Part shown: positions 10,346 through 22,986 of the stretch, one piece after another
Numbering within the stretch: the stretch's first letter is position 1
How the letters are laid out: each line of letters starts with the position of its first letter
DNA from: Camelus ferus
Lineage: Eukaryota
Direction: 5' to 3'
DNA: 64,000 bases
NCBI RefSeq assembly: GCF_009834535.1
Contig: NC_045696.1
Location: forward strand, 20,896,001-20,960,000
The notes under the pieces: generated by a model
What the model saw: the letters and a program-made list of their open reading frames with translations, nothing else
Databases searched by the model: none
What the model was told of the DNA's origin: nothing
Position numbers and translations under genes: made by a program

Positions 10346-13142
10346 GAAAAAATTTATTTTATTCCGTAAAATAAAATTTATTCCGTGTACTTTATGAAGT
10401 ATACGGAAGGAGCAAGTTATGATAAGACTTTGTATAATTGTGTAATTATTTCTTTCCTTAGTCACTTGGACAAAACACTTTGTTTTTGCATCTTTGTTAA
10501 CTTATCACTAGGTTGATGAAAATACCTGCCTTTCATATATAACAATTTTGGTATCAAAACAATGAGATAATGCCTATGTCATGTTCTGAATTTCACAGAT
10601 ATGAGTCCTACTGAAAATATGGAATTTAGTGTTAATAAACAACAGCATAAATACTAGCTTAAAAGTCATTTCATCACAATTAAAAATTCACAACTGACTA
10701 GAATGTGTAGTAGATGCATGAATTTGGCCTCTGGGCCATTTGAATATTGGATGTGCTTCTGTTTTGCTGTTTTTGTTGAGTTGTATTTTGTCTTGATTTA
10801 ACATGAAAGCGTTCTGAAAAGGATAGAAAACAGAGGAAATATTCTGAGTGACATTTCTCTAAGCTCTTTCCTATTTACCTGGGCTGCTGCTTGGAACCAT
10901 GGAACACTGATTTCTGTGTTGGACGGAAGAACTTGAAGGGAAATCTCTGTCATTTTCTCTCTGTGTCATTTTCTTATTCTCCCTCCCTCTTTATGTGTGA
11001 ATGAAAAAACGTAGGAAAAATGAATTTAGGAGACAGATAGTAATCATCAGCCACTTGTTACTTATAGTTCACTTATCATCCAAGTGAATTTTTCAGTCAT
11101 CCTATTTATCAAATTAGCAGTGTATGATATAACACATTTTAAAAATCTTTGAAAAAAGAATATATAGGGGTACTAAAGTAAAAGAATATAGTTGGTATAA
11201 ACACACAGTATTAAAGAAAAATCAACTCAAGTGCACTAAATAGCCATTTTTTAAAGGGTTATAAATTCAAATGTATAGCTAAAAGTCCAAAAGTTACTCA
11301 TCTGCAAAAAAAAAATTCGTGAAAATGCCACATTTTATTTTATTTTGACTTTTGAAAATAGATTATATTTAATTTAGGCTAACCTACTTTCAGTTTTATA
11401 ATCATGAAATGTCAGAACATGCCACTTAAGCCAATTTTTTATGCTTGGCTTCTTCAAAAATGACATAACGTTTTTATTAAAGCATTTTTTTCTATTTTTA
11501 TCTTGGATTGTTTGGAAGAATTAAAAATATTATCTCAAGAACATTAGTAACTAAGATTAAACAAATAAAAACAAAGTATATGAAAGCTATATTAAAAAAA
11601 GTACTTTTAAGGATTTCAGAACTTGTTTTTCCATGTTAAACTTCTTCTAAAAATATACAATTATTTTAATTTGCAGATTTTACATTATTTAGATGATACA
11701 GTGAATGATTTGTAGATGAAAAATAAAAGGGAACCCACTTGTCAATATTTTTATTGAATAATATCTATTTTCACTAAGCAAATTAGGATAATTCTAGTTA
11801 GTTCAGATACATGTTTTCATTGCTCTTAAACATACTTGGTGATATTTTATTTATACAAATTCTTCTCTAGTTTGTATTTTGCGTTCACTTAGCCAGAAAT
11901 AATAATACTGAGATATCTATGAAATGCTACATACCTTTCGATTTATTGACCATAGAAAGGTATCAGAAATACCCGTGAAGTGTGTGCATGTATGTGGTTG
12001 GTTCTAAGTACTTGGCTTTCCCACATCCTGATATATGATTATAACTGCAGATTTATTTCTACTATGGTCTGATATCAAAAGCTACTAGAAAGCTATCAGA
12101 AAACTGATATCTAACCCTTTAGCCAGATGCCAAAAAACTGATACTTGGTTTTCCAAAATACTTTCAGTGCAGAAACATGCACCAAATTATGTCTTTTTCT
12201 TGATGATGTGAGTTCTTTTTTTTTTTTAAATTATCTATAGGGATGATTTTTACAAGCAAAGGAGACTTTAAGAAAATTCCTTTTTCATATGAACAGTTGT
12301 ATTTTAATTTATTAAATGATTCAGAAAACCAGTTATTTAATTCTATTTTAAATGTGTCAGATTTTATTCACCTTTGAGAGATTTTAGAATAAAGGTTTAT
12401 CCATTCACTGATTTAATACTTCAGAGATTCTAAGATGCATTATAACCCAATGTGTTGGATTTCCCTTTTAAGTAACGAAGTCTTATGACTAAATATGGTG
12501 ACCTTTATATTCTCAAAAATGTTAAAATGGTCTAAACAAGCTTTGGAAGAGCTTTATTTAATATCTTAAGTTTTAATCAATTCTTTAATTATACCTGCAA
12601 ATTAAAATTACATAATTGGTACTTTGATAGGCACAATTCTCTTAAACATTACAAGAGTATAAAATATCAAATATGCACAGTTTCTTAACTCACAAATATA
12701 AATACAAAGATTTTTGTTTCTTAATGATTTACATATTTGATTCTAAATCATTTCAGTGTTTAAAGAGCCTTACTCATTCAGGGAAGGCAGTTCTTACCAA
12801 CTTAATAGGATATTATAAGCAGAGATTTTGGCTAAGTCTGAGACCAGAGCAGCAGACTCCCAGAGTGTTTTTAATATTAATAAATTATCATACTAAGACC
12901 TTTCTGAATAAGCTTAAGACCTTGAAAGAGAATTGTTCTTAAGGCTTGAACTAGCTAACTCCTTTTCTTCTAACTAAAATTTGAAACATTTAGGTTGAAC
13001 ACACAATTGAATGTTTCATTTTCTTGGCTTCTAAAATATATAAACATATTTTCCCTAACACTTGTTCAAACTCATGGATTTATAAACTTCAATGGATATT
13101 TACAAATACATACAAATGAATGAATTCTAGATACTAAACATC

Positions 13143-13680
13143 CTATGGCCATGTCTTGATTGCCATCATGTCTGACATCTCCAAGTTTGGCCATGAATTT
13201 CCTCTCCATTTTATGCTTTCAGCCTGGGCTTTTGATTGTACTTTTCTTCCAACTCTTGCAGCACATGCTGCTTGAGCACGACAAAGTTGGCCAGATCCTC
13301 ACAAGATGGACTAGTTTCCAGCCTCCTTTTAAAAAACCAGATCCTCTTTCTTGTCAGCCTTGACTTTGGTAGTGTTCTTGATCCAAATTGGTTGGACGAC
13401 TGGGAGCCATAATTCTGTAATCTGCTGACTTGTGGTCTGCCCAATGCCTAAATTATGCATGGTAGAATAAGACCATTTTCTCAGTAGACACTGTGAATAT
13501 AAGCATTTGCACAAATTAAGTCCAAGAGCAACCCTTCCCTTGCAGATATAATTTGTAATGACGGGTTACTCCTATAGTTGGATGACTCCTCTTAGACCTG
13601 AACACACTCAGTTCTAGCTTCGTCATTTTAGTCATTGGTTATGGCTGAAGTATTAGCAAATCTAGGAGCTAAATAACTCC
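13143..13680 (-). mobile_element. Probable ancient R4/Dong-clade LINE fragment (Mam_R4-like), post-RT region
   Basis: Minus-strand translation across frameshifts gives motifs in R4-clade order: TKLEL..., KLYLQGKG (cf. RLYLPRKxGGRGL), KW..EIHGQ (cf. W..K.LHGQ), KTWP* (cf. KTW.W). Confidence 0.55.
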
Positions 13681-15322
13681 ATCTGAGAAAAGACATATTT
13701 GGGATTTTGAATACTAGTGCAATTCAAAAATACTATGTTTTATTGTATTCGTTATTGATAACATTTCTTAAGTATCTATCTTCATCTTAAACCTAGAACT
13801 CAGAATGAAATGCAAAATAGACGATTTACATCTATATTTTTGAATATCATTGGGTTCTCTTCTGTTTTCCTACTTGAACACTTCCTATAAAACAAGTGCC
13901 TTGTTATTGCATTTTAAATATGCAAATATATTTTATGTTGTACAAAAAGATTACGATAGAAATATTTTAAAATAGCCAAGGAGAGTCTCTAATGTCTAAT
14001 AGTCTCTAATAGAAAAAAGAATAATTGTTTAAACCTATAAGAAAAGCAATAGGAATATCTTGTTTTCATGCTGTTCTAAAGAATCCTCCCTGGAAAACAT
14101 TCAGAACAATGTGACGGGTCACATAAAAGCAAGTTACAACTCAAGAAAAGTCTAGGGTACAGTAATAAATTCATGTTCCACATCAGCAGAAATATAGGTG
14201 AAATATAAGAAATAAAAAGCTAAAGAAAGAACAATTAAGGTTCATGGAATCATTATAGAAAGATAAGCAAAAAAGATAATAATTGTGCTTTTTTTCTTAT
14301 TCAATATCTGATTTAGGACTTCTTGACAAAAATTTAAATAAAAATGGTTTGAATGAAAATATATGATTTGAAGAGTAAGGGGGGTGTAAAGGGAGGAGGT
14401 AATAAGGAATCTGAAAAATCCTGCATTGCTGGTCAAGGCTGCATTGCTGTCTGCTGTGTGAGGATCCTTCCTTCATCAGGGAAGCAACGGTCTTAATGAC
14501 CGTCCTAGGACATCGACAGCGATACCTAGGCCATTCTCAAGAAACTACCGCAGTATGTGACATTAATGGGAAGCAATAAAATCATAGGAAGTTTTCAGTT
14601 TTTATCTCTCATTCTTTATCATTAGAAATTTTGCATGCTTGCTGTTTGTTAAAGTTGTGATTAGAGAAATGACGATGCTTATTATCAGTGCTCCAGAAAA
14701 GAAGAGAAATTATATTATTGGCTGAAATCCTTACTGACATTCATCTAAGGTATGGAGGAGCACAGCATTTCAACAGGCCTGAGGCTAAAGAGTAACTGGG
14801 CAATATCTTCTGTGCTTGACTGTGAATGAACCTCTCCAGGGTCCTTCATCAGAGATCAGGAGGAGGTGGAGTTACTGAGGGAGGAAGGACTTCCTCACAG
14901 TCCACATTTCTGAACAAAAGAAGTCAAGAAAAGTTATTTAAATAATGGAAGGCTAAGAAATTAGGGTGGTGAATATGAGATAATTATCCTAAACATGAAC
15001 TAAAAGAGAACTGTTACTTAACTCTTTTGGATAGCATCTGTCTCTGAGCAACTGAAATTACCATTCATGAGAAGATACTATTTTCTTTAGGGCGTGTCAA
15101 AGAGAAGAGTGTTTCTATAGACTTATGACAAAAACAATCAACTTAAGAAAAGGATTTCTGGGCAGTATGTGCTTTGGGAGGAGACTGATTTCCAGGAAAT
15201 ACAGCTAAGAAAACTTCGGGCAATGATGGCTCCATCAAGTTTGAGACCAGAGGTTGACAGATGAATAAGTAAACAAGTTAAGCAGATCTTCTCTTTTCAC
15301 TCTGCCACCAGGGAATCAGTCT

Positions 15323-15345
15323 TTCTCTCTCTCTCTCTCTTCTCT
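15323..15345. repeat. (CT)n microsatellite
   Basis: tctctctctctctctcttctct. Confidence 0.8.
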
Positions 15346-16094
15346 TGATTCTGGAGATAAGTAGATAAATATAAATATAAATATCTGGTCACTGTATGGG
15401 AAACACAGATAAGAGAAAGATATGAACTATGAAAAAGCAATGAGAAAAGCATTTGTTAAACCATTTAAACTAATGGCTAAATGAGGTATAATGTCCTTTG
15501 TATGTTTATAGAAATTCTTTCCCTTCCCTACCAACCAAGCTACCCAAGGGAGCTTTTTTTTTTCTCTTCCTAGTAAAATTTTCCCAACATAAAATGTGAG
15601 TTTTATATATGAGCCAGAAGAAAAGCCATGCCATACTCTCCAAGAGGCCCGGGGATTTCAGTAGAACGAAATATGCTCATATTTGTGCAATGCTCACTAG
15701 GATTTTGGAGAGGATTGCTCCTTCCAGAACAGAGCTGACGGACAAAAGTAGAAAATACTGTGAGGTTGTAACTGCATACCCTACCAACTGGAATAGCTTC
15801 TCTTTGGAACATGGGCCGTTCCTGGGGAGACAATGGATAGAGAAATAAGGTTGAAATATGAGTTTATCCCAGTCTTCCACATCTCTTCATGTGGGTTTAA
15901 TATAAACAGACGCTTAAGACCAGGTTTCCACCAAGAAATAAAACGGATGAGTTATATTTTGTTTTCTTTTTAATAAACATATAGTAAACAAAGAAACATG
16001 TAATGGCACTTACTCCATTAACCAGATTTCCCACCTTTTTCCTGAAGAATGCAACACTCCTAATCTATGCGGTTTTCTTGTGATACCAACTGAA

Positions 16095-16410
16095 TGGATG
16101 AATAGAAGTGCTTGCCAAGGGGCTGGGAATGGGAGAAATAGAAAAAGGTTGGGAAAAGGGTGCCATTTTCTAAACATGACTAAAGTTGGTAACACTGCAT
16201 TATTGTATTACTGAAATTTTCTAAGAATAGACCTTAAATGTTCTCAGCAAAAAAACCCAAAAAGGTAAATATGTGAGATGATGAATGTGTTAATTAACTC
16301 AGTGGGGGATCCTTCTGCAATGTACATGTGTATCAAATCATCATGTTGTACACTTCAAATAGCTTATAAATTTTTTTCACTTATACCTCAATAAAACTGG
16401 GAGAGAAAAG
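16095..16410 (+). mobile_element. L1MA-type 3' end
   Basis: gaatagaccttaaatgttctca...tatgtgagatgatg...ttatacctcaataaaactggg. Confidence 0.85.
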
Positions 16411-18589
16411 CAGCTGGCAATTGGTGAGTGTTCCTGACTTTCTCGGAACATGATTCGGCTATTCATTGGCCTCCATTTGCAGGTATTCATTCTTTAATAA
16501 TAAGGCCTTAAAGCATCCTTAGGATGTGTTGACTGAGTACCCAAGCAGTGCAAGTGTATGAAGAAACAAAATCTTTTTATAGTGATTCCTTTTCTTTTCT
16601 TATAATCTGAGACAGGAGGCCTGGTGACCTTGTCCATCACCCCCCGGTTATCAAATTAGAAGAAGCAGTAGGCCACAGGAGATTTACCTCTGAGCCTTTC
16701 TCAACTGAAATCACGTTTAATTTGGTTTATCCCACCTGCTCTAGCTTTCTAAACAACAAAGTGTTTAGTAACACCAGCAACTAAGTAAAAAATCTTGAGA
16801 GAATTACTTTTAATCAGTTGAAGCATGTAACCTTCGCTTTCTCATGGTAGTGCCTTTAAATTCATGAACTGGATACTCATTTTTCATTCTTAATCACCCA
16901 ACCTAGAACATTCAGAAATCTAAACATTCTGAAATTTTCAGAAATCTTCACTCAATGTGACACATGAAAATTGATTAGACTCTACAAATACTCCCATATA
17001 GAATCGAAGTAGAGGTGGGAAAGTATAATCTTTATTACTTTCAAAAGCTTATATTTAATTTAGTCAATCAATATTAGTCAATTTACTCAATTAACATTAA
17101 TTCAAAATCTATAAATTCCTGTGGGAGGTTTCAATTTCTTAGTTATTGAAAAACACTGCTACTTAAATCCTCACTGAATTTAATATAACTACATATTCAG
17201 GGAGAGTATAATACTGAAAAAAAATGACTGCTTTTATTTTTTCAGAAATTTTGTTTCACCTTTGAAAACATTTTAATAAATGAAACTACAGAATAAAAAA
17301 GAAACTTGGCTTTCAAAATGAATTTTATTGTAATTAAATTTTTGCCATCTTTTTTTAAATTAGAGAATACTGGCTGGGTGCTCTTTTGGATTATTTTAAC
17401 CATGATGGGGGAGAAAATCCAATACACAAAACAACAGAGGCCAGTCAAATAATTTTTACTAACTTTTAATGTTTTCACATTTTTCCTTGAATAGACCTCA
17501 GTTACACAGAAAATTAATTATGATCTTTAATTCATGGTACACTGTCATTATTGGTCCAACCATAGCTCTTTTCTTCTTATTTATTGGTCAGCTTATTTAT
17601 TTTTAGTAATATAATGGCCCTTGCACGAACTCACTACCCAACAGAAAAATAAGAACATTGACAATAACTTGACTGGGTCAGAAATTGGGGCTTTGCCAAG
17701 AAAGTCCATTATAACTTAACTAATGTGCAGCAATGTAGTGCCAGGTTTATTTTTGTTAGTATGAAAACAATAAAAGCAAGCCAGAATAGGCAAGCAAAAC
17801 TTTTAGATGGAGAGAGAGTTCTCATAGGTAATTTGTAAGAATTCTAGGCACTTCTGCTATGCTGTAATGGATAATCTACATTCTGGGTAGGAACACACGT
17901 TTCTGAGGAGTCTTGCTTAAGAACAATGGACTGTGGTTGCAGCCTGTGACTTCCATCTGTTTCACAGAAAAACAGCAATAAGAAGAGCAAAACAATTACT
18001 TTGAGGAGTGTTCAGTGGTTTTCAAGATCATAGGAGGAATGTGAAAGTATCTCTAAATTTTTTTCCTTTTCAGACAGCAGGTTAAGTCCATATCCCTTTC
18101 TTTATCTTCTCTGCAGAAGTTTTTATAATGTGAATAATTACTGCCACACAGCTGCCAGTAGATGACCCACATATCTATATATTAATATCTATTTATCAGC
18201 ATTTTCCCCAAATTTAGGTCACATTTGCTTGACCCCCGCCATAGACCCTCTTTTTTAGTAGCGCTGCTGTGACATTGTAATGACAGTGCCTTATTGTTGC
18301 CAGATCTTTTTTTCAGAGTCCCCAAAAATAATGAGATTTTTGTTCCAGCTCCTGGCACTAGCCTTAAGGAAAAAAAAGATGAAAGTATAATTTTAATTAT
18401 AGGTGTAATATGAAAAATATAGATGGTTTAGAGAAGCTGTAGAAAGGGAAAAAAAATCACCCAATACAGCAGCTGGAATTATATTGTTAAAACATCAGTC
18501 CTGTCATCTCAGTTGTCTTCTCAAGGCCATCAGTATTTTCTCATTCCTCAGCAATGAACTCTCAGTTCTAACAGTGGATTAAAATGGTA

Positions 18590-19100
18590 TCTCCTACCTC
18601 ATCCCTTCCTACTTACTGGCTTGATTATTTTGTGCCAACCACACTGGCCTCTTGGCTGTTCTAGAATTTACCAGGTGGGGTCTCACTGCAGAGCCTCCAG
18701 CTTGCTGTTCCCTCTCTGGGCACAGGTCTCAGGACCTTTGTAAGTGCTGCTCCCTTTGCCTGTCAGACTCTGCTTCCAGATAGCTAGTTGCGTTGCTCAC
18801 TGTGTCACCTTCTCTACCAGTGTGCCAAGCGTCACCTTCTCCGGGAGGACGCAGCCACTGCGCTATTTGAAATGTCAATCCTATTCCTACTCCCCACAAA
18901 TGCAGTGTCACTGGCTGTTGTCTTTGTTTACTCTAGTTTTCCTTGAAAAAACGCATCCCCTTTTAACTTAAAACATAACTATCTTGGTTGTTTGGTTTGT
19001 AGTCTGTCTTCTTCCAGCTGAGTGTGAGAAGTCAGGACCTGCTGCGCCCCCTCGGTGTGTAGAGGAGTCCTGTCACATGGTTTCTACTCAATAAGCTTGC
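18590..19100 (+). mobile_element. L2a 3' fragment
   Basis: ccacactggcctcttggctgttct...cttgctgttccctct...tcaccttctc...actcaataa. Confidence 0.75.
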
Positions 19101-20120
19101 AGCAAACCCTGTTTCCATTTTATTTTTTTAGTATTATCTTCTGTTGTTCTTTTTCCCCCCATGTGCGTGTTTTTTTCTTGTCTTTCAGTAAGTGATGTGT
19201 TATCCAGCTCTCTGTGAGCTACCCCAGCCCTCCTCTCTGTACCAGACAGGAGCAGAAGTCAGATTTGATAGGGTTTTTGAAGGCTTTAGCCATTCAGAAG
19301 GAGGCATTTTGAAAGTCAGCTGTGTCTTTGTGCCTGCGGGCTTACTGTCCAACACAGCTGCTCCCAGCATTTGGCAGCATTACTAGCCAGCATCTCCATA
19401 ACTGATGCCCTTCCTTCCTCCACTCCCTGAAAGCTCAAGTGAGGTCTTTCTGCCTGTCTGATCCTTGGTCCTTAGCATCTAAGATGTACAAGGTTCCTCT
19501 CCTCCTGGGTTTCTGGCCTGTAAGGGAAACCTGGCCATTTTCTCGCTGCTTGGTTGGGCCCCACACTCTATGCAAAGCGGCTTTTAGTGCTTCACCCGAT
19601 GGATGAGAGCATAGAAACAAACTGGCCTAACTACACATCTGAAACGGTTACATCTTTTACTTCTCCAGTCCTAAAGATCTGCCTCTTTCATCTTATATTT
19701 TTCTCTAAGATGAGTGCTTTGAACATTTTGGAATGTGTTATGTTGTTAACATGATAAAAATATGAAAGGCAAAAAATGTGTGATTTTGATAGAATTTAAT
19801 TTTTTACCTACTGCATATTAAAGAAAGCCCTGGTAGAAATCTTTGGCTGTGATTCGGAAAGATCGGACTGTCTGGGACTAGGGTCAGTGCTGAGGTAGAG
19901 AGTGTGTATATCTTTAAGAAGCCAGAGCACAGAGGTAGCATCAAAGGGACAGCAGTGTTTTCTTTAGAGAGAAACAACTGCCAAAAGGAGGATTATCACA
20001 GCTGCACGAATCTGCCTTCTCCTTTCTTCTCTTGTGCGTCTCCCAGAATTGTGCTCCTGCAGAGCTGTGCAGGCGTCACATCTGCTGAATGAGAAGAGGA
20101 ATCACCCTCTATTATTTCTT

Positions 20121-21368
20121 TTTTTAATTGCAGTATAATCGATCTACAATGTTTGGGGTGAACAGCAAAGTGATTCATGTATGTGTGTGTGTGTATATTC
20201 TTCTTCAGATTCTTTTCCATTATAGGTTATTACAAGATACTGACTATAGTTCCCTGCGCTCTACAGTAGGTCTTTGCTGTTTATCTATTATATATGTAGT
20301 AGTGTGTATACATTAATTCCAAATTCCTAATTTATCTTTCCCTCACCTTTCCCCTTTGGTAACCGTAAGTTTGTCTTCTGTCTGTGAGTCTATTTCTGTT
20401 CTGTAAATAAATTCATCTGTAACAATTTTTAGATTTCACATATAAGTGATATCATATGGTATTTGTCTTTCTCTGATTTACTTCACTTAGTCTGATAATC
20501 TCTAGGTCCATCCATGTTGATGCAAATGGCATTATTTTATTCTCATTTATGGCTGTGTAATATATCATTGTATGTGTATATATATATCACATCTACTTTA
20601 TCCAGTTATCAGTCTTTGGACATTTAGGCTGTTTCCATGTCTTGGCTATTGTAAATAGTGCTGCTAAGAATACTGGGGTGCATGTATTTATTCCAATTAG
20701 AGGTTTTGTCTTTTCTGAATATATATATACCCAGGAATGGGATTGTTGGATCATATGGTAGCTCTATTTTTTATTTTTTGAGAAACCACCATACTGATTT
20801 CTACAGTGGCTACATCAGTTTACACCACCAACAGTGTGAGAGGGTTCCCTTTTCTCCACACCCTCTCCAGCATTTATTATTTGTTGACTTTTTGATGCTG
20901 GCCATTCTGCCTGGTGTGAGGTGATACCTCATTGTAGCTTTGATTTGCATTTCTCTGATAATTAGTGATGTTGAGCATCTTTTCATGTGCCTACTGGCCA
21001 TCTCTATGTCTTCTCTGAAGAAATGTCTATTTAGGTCTTCTGCCCATTTTTTGATTGGGTCGTTTGTTTTTTAGATATTGAGCTGTATAAACTGTTTGCC
21101 TATTTTGGAAATTAAGCTCTTGCTGGTCATATCATTCACAAATATTTTCTCCAATTCCATAGATTTTTCTGTTTTGTTTATGGTTTACTTTGCTTCAAAA
21201 GCTTTAAAGTTTCATTAGGTCCCATTTGTTTATTTTTGCTTTTGTCTCCATTGTTCTAGGAGATAGACACCCCCCACCCACCCAAATTGCTGTGACTTAC
21301 ATCAAAAAGTGTTCTGCCTATGTTTTTCTCTAGGTGTTTTATAATATTCCATCTTACAAGTGTAACAT
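20121..21368 (-). mobile_element. Young lineage L1, 5'-truncated (ORF2 end and 3' UTR)
   Basis: Minus ORF 20810-21001 encodes the L1 ORF2 C-terminal motifs [16 protein letters not shown]...[16 protein letters not shown]; perfect 15-bp TSD CCTCTATTATTTCTT at 20106-20120 and 21369-21383. Confidence 0.95.
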
Positions 21369-22414
21369 CCTCTATTATTTCTTGAAATGATAGGGAAATG
21401 TTTGTGATAAAGCACTATACTAGCCTCATCTGTCAGAAGGGTACCTTCCTAATAGACATAATAGACATAAAAGCTTTTAATCATTTAGGGTAAATTTTCC
21501 ATCAGTAGCCGATGAGTGTGCCCATAAAAATTGGAAAGAATGTAAACATTTTTGCATTATGCAGAAGAATTACTTTTCCCTTCTTAGACTTTACTTAAAG
21601 ATTATGTGAATTAGATACATAAAAATGTATCATTTTTTGCCCCAATTCTTGAGGTAGATACATAGAATAAAGTCAGATAAATAAGTAATAAATTCAAGAT
21701 TTTTCTTCAGTAGATTCTTGTTTCAAAATATGGAAGAGTCACATGGACATATAATGTTAAATGGACCGAATTGTTTAATGAACCTTGTGGCACATGCTTG
21801 TGTAATTCAGGTTTGCTCCTATAGCTCTTTATGGTTTGCATGGTGTACAGATTTTTAATCTCTTCCTCACATCGACAGCATTCAAGAAAATGAGGTTTTT
21901 GACATATCTAAAAGGAGGGAAATCTAATGAAGAAATCATATACACAAGTCAAATTGCGTTTAAGATGTTTTCCTATTTATCACCAGAATTAAAGATGTAA
22001 TTTAATATGGATTTTTGATTAAAACCAGATGGTTCACAGCTGTTCTCAAAATGGAAAGAAAAAAAAAGCATTTTAACTGAAAAGTGTAAGTCATTGAGGT
22101 GGTATCTAATGAGGAAGACATGCTGAACATAGTTTGATTTTGTCTTTGTAGATAGGTCCTGATACCTGACCACTAAAACAGTAACTTGAATAAAAATAAG
22201 TAAATGTTTAGAGTAACATCCTCAGAAGAGTCATGCTGCAAGATGTTCCAGAGATCAGGCAGGTGAACTTTAAGGCAATGTCATCTTGTCTAGGCATGTG
22301 TGGAAAGTTCCCAGAATGAACCAGCCAAAGTCCAAACAACAGGTTGAGAAACTTGAGAAAATGACATGGCCAAATAGTACATTTTCAGCTACATTTTTGG
22401 GAATGAGGTTCTTT

Positions 22415-22986
22415 GTAAGAGATAGATTCTCAGGTGAACTTTATGATTTCTGCCCTCCTTGTTCATATCTTTATGTTATTACTCCCTACCTTGAACATGG
22501 CTGGCCTGTGACTTGCTTCAATCCAATAGAAGTCCATGGCAAAGGTGATGAGATATATGTGATCAAGAACATGATTACATTGCACAACACTATAGTACCC
22601 ATATTGAGAAGAAACTCTCCCATTTGGTGACCTCGAGAAGCAAGCTACTGTGTTGTGTCCTGCCATATTGAAAAGTCAAGGACCTGAGGGTGGCCTCTGG
22701 CTAAAAAATAGCAAGAAAATGAGAACCTCAGTCCAGTAGCCTGCAAAGAACTGAATTTTGCCAACAACCACAGGAGTTGAGAAGTAGATTTCTCCTGAGT
22801 AAGAGCTCATATGAGACTGAAACCTTGGCCAACACTTTGATTCCAGGTATAACATCCTGAAGCAGAGAATCCTATTAACCCAAGCCAAGACTCTGGATCT
22901 GCAGAAATTATGAGATAATAATGAGTGTTATTTTAAGCTTCAGAGTTTGTGACAAAATTATCATATAGCAATACATAGCTAATACA
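22415..22986 (+). mobile_element. MaLR LTR (MLT1E/F/G-type)
   Basis: tggcctgtgacttgctt...aactgaattttgccaacaacc...tgttattttaagc...gcaatacatagctaataca. Confidence 0.85.

Noticed and set aside
14455..14479. Hammerhead-like CUGAUGA plus small stem (AGGA-AGGA-UCCU) on the - strand
   Set aside because: The invariant GAAA after stem II is absent (CACA instead) and I could not build stems I and III
18061..18087. Possible 7-nt micro-exon (ttttccttttcag ACAGCAG gttaag)
   Set aside because: Weak donor, not frame-preserving, no independent support
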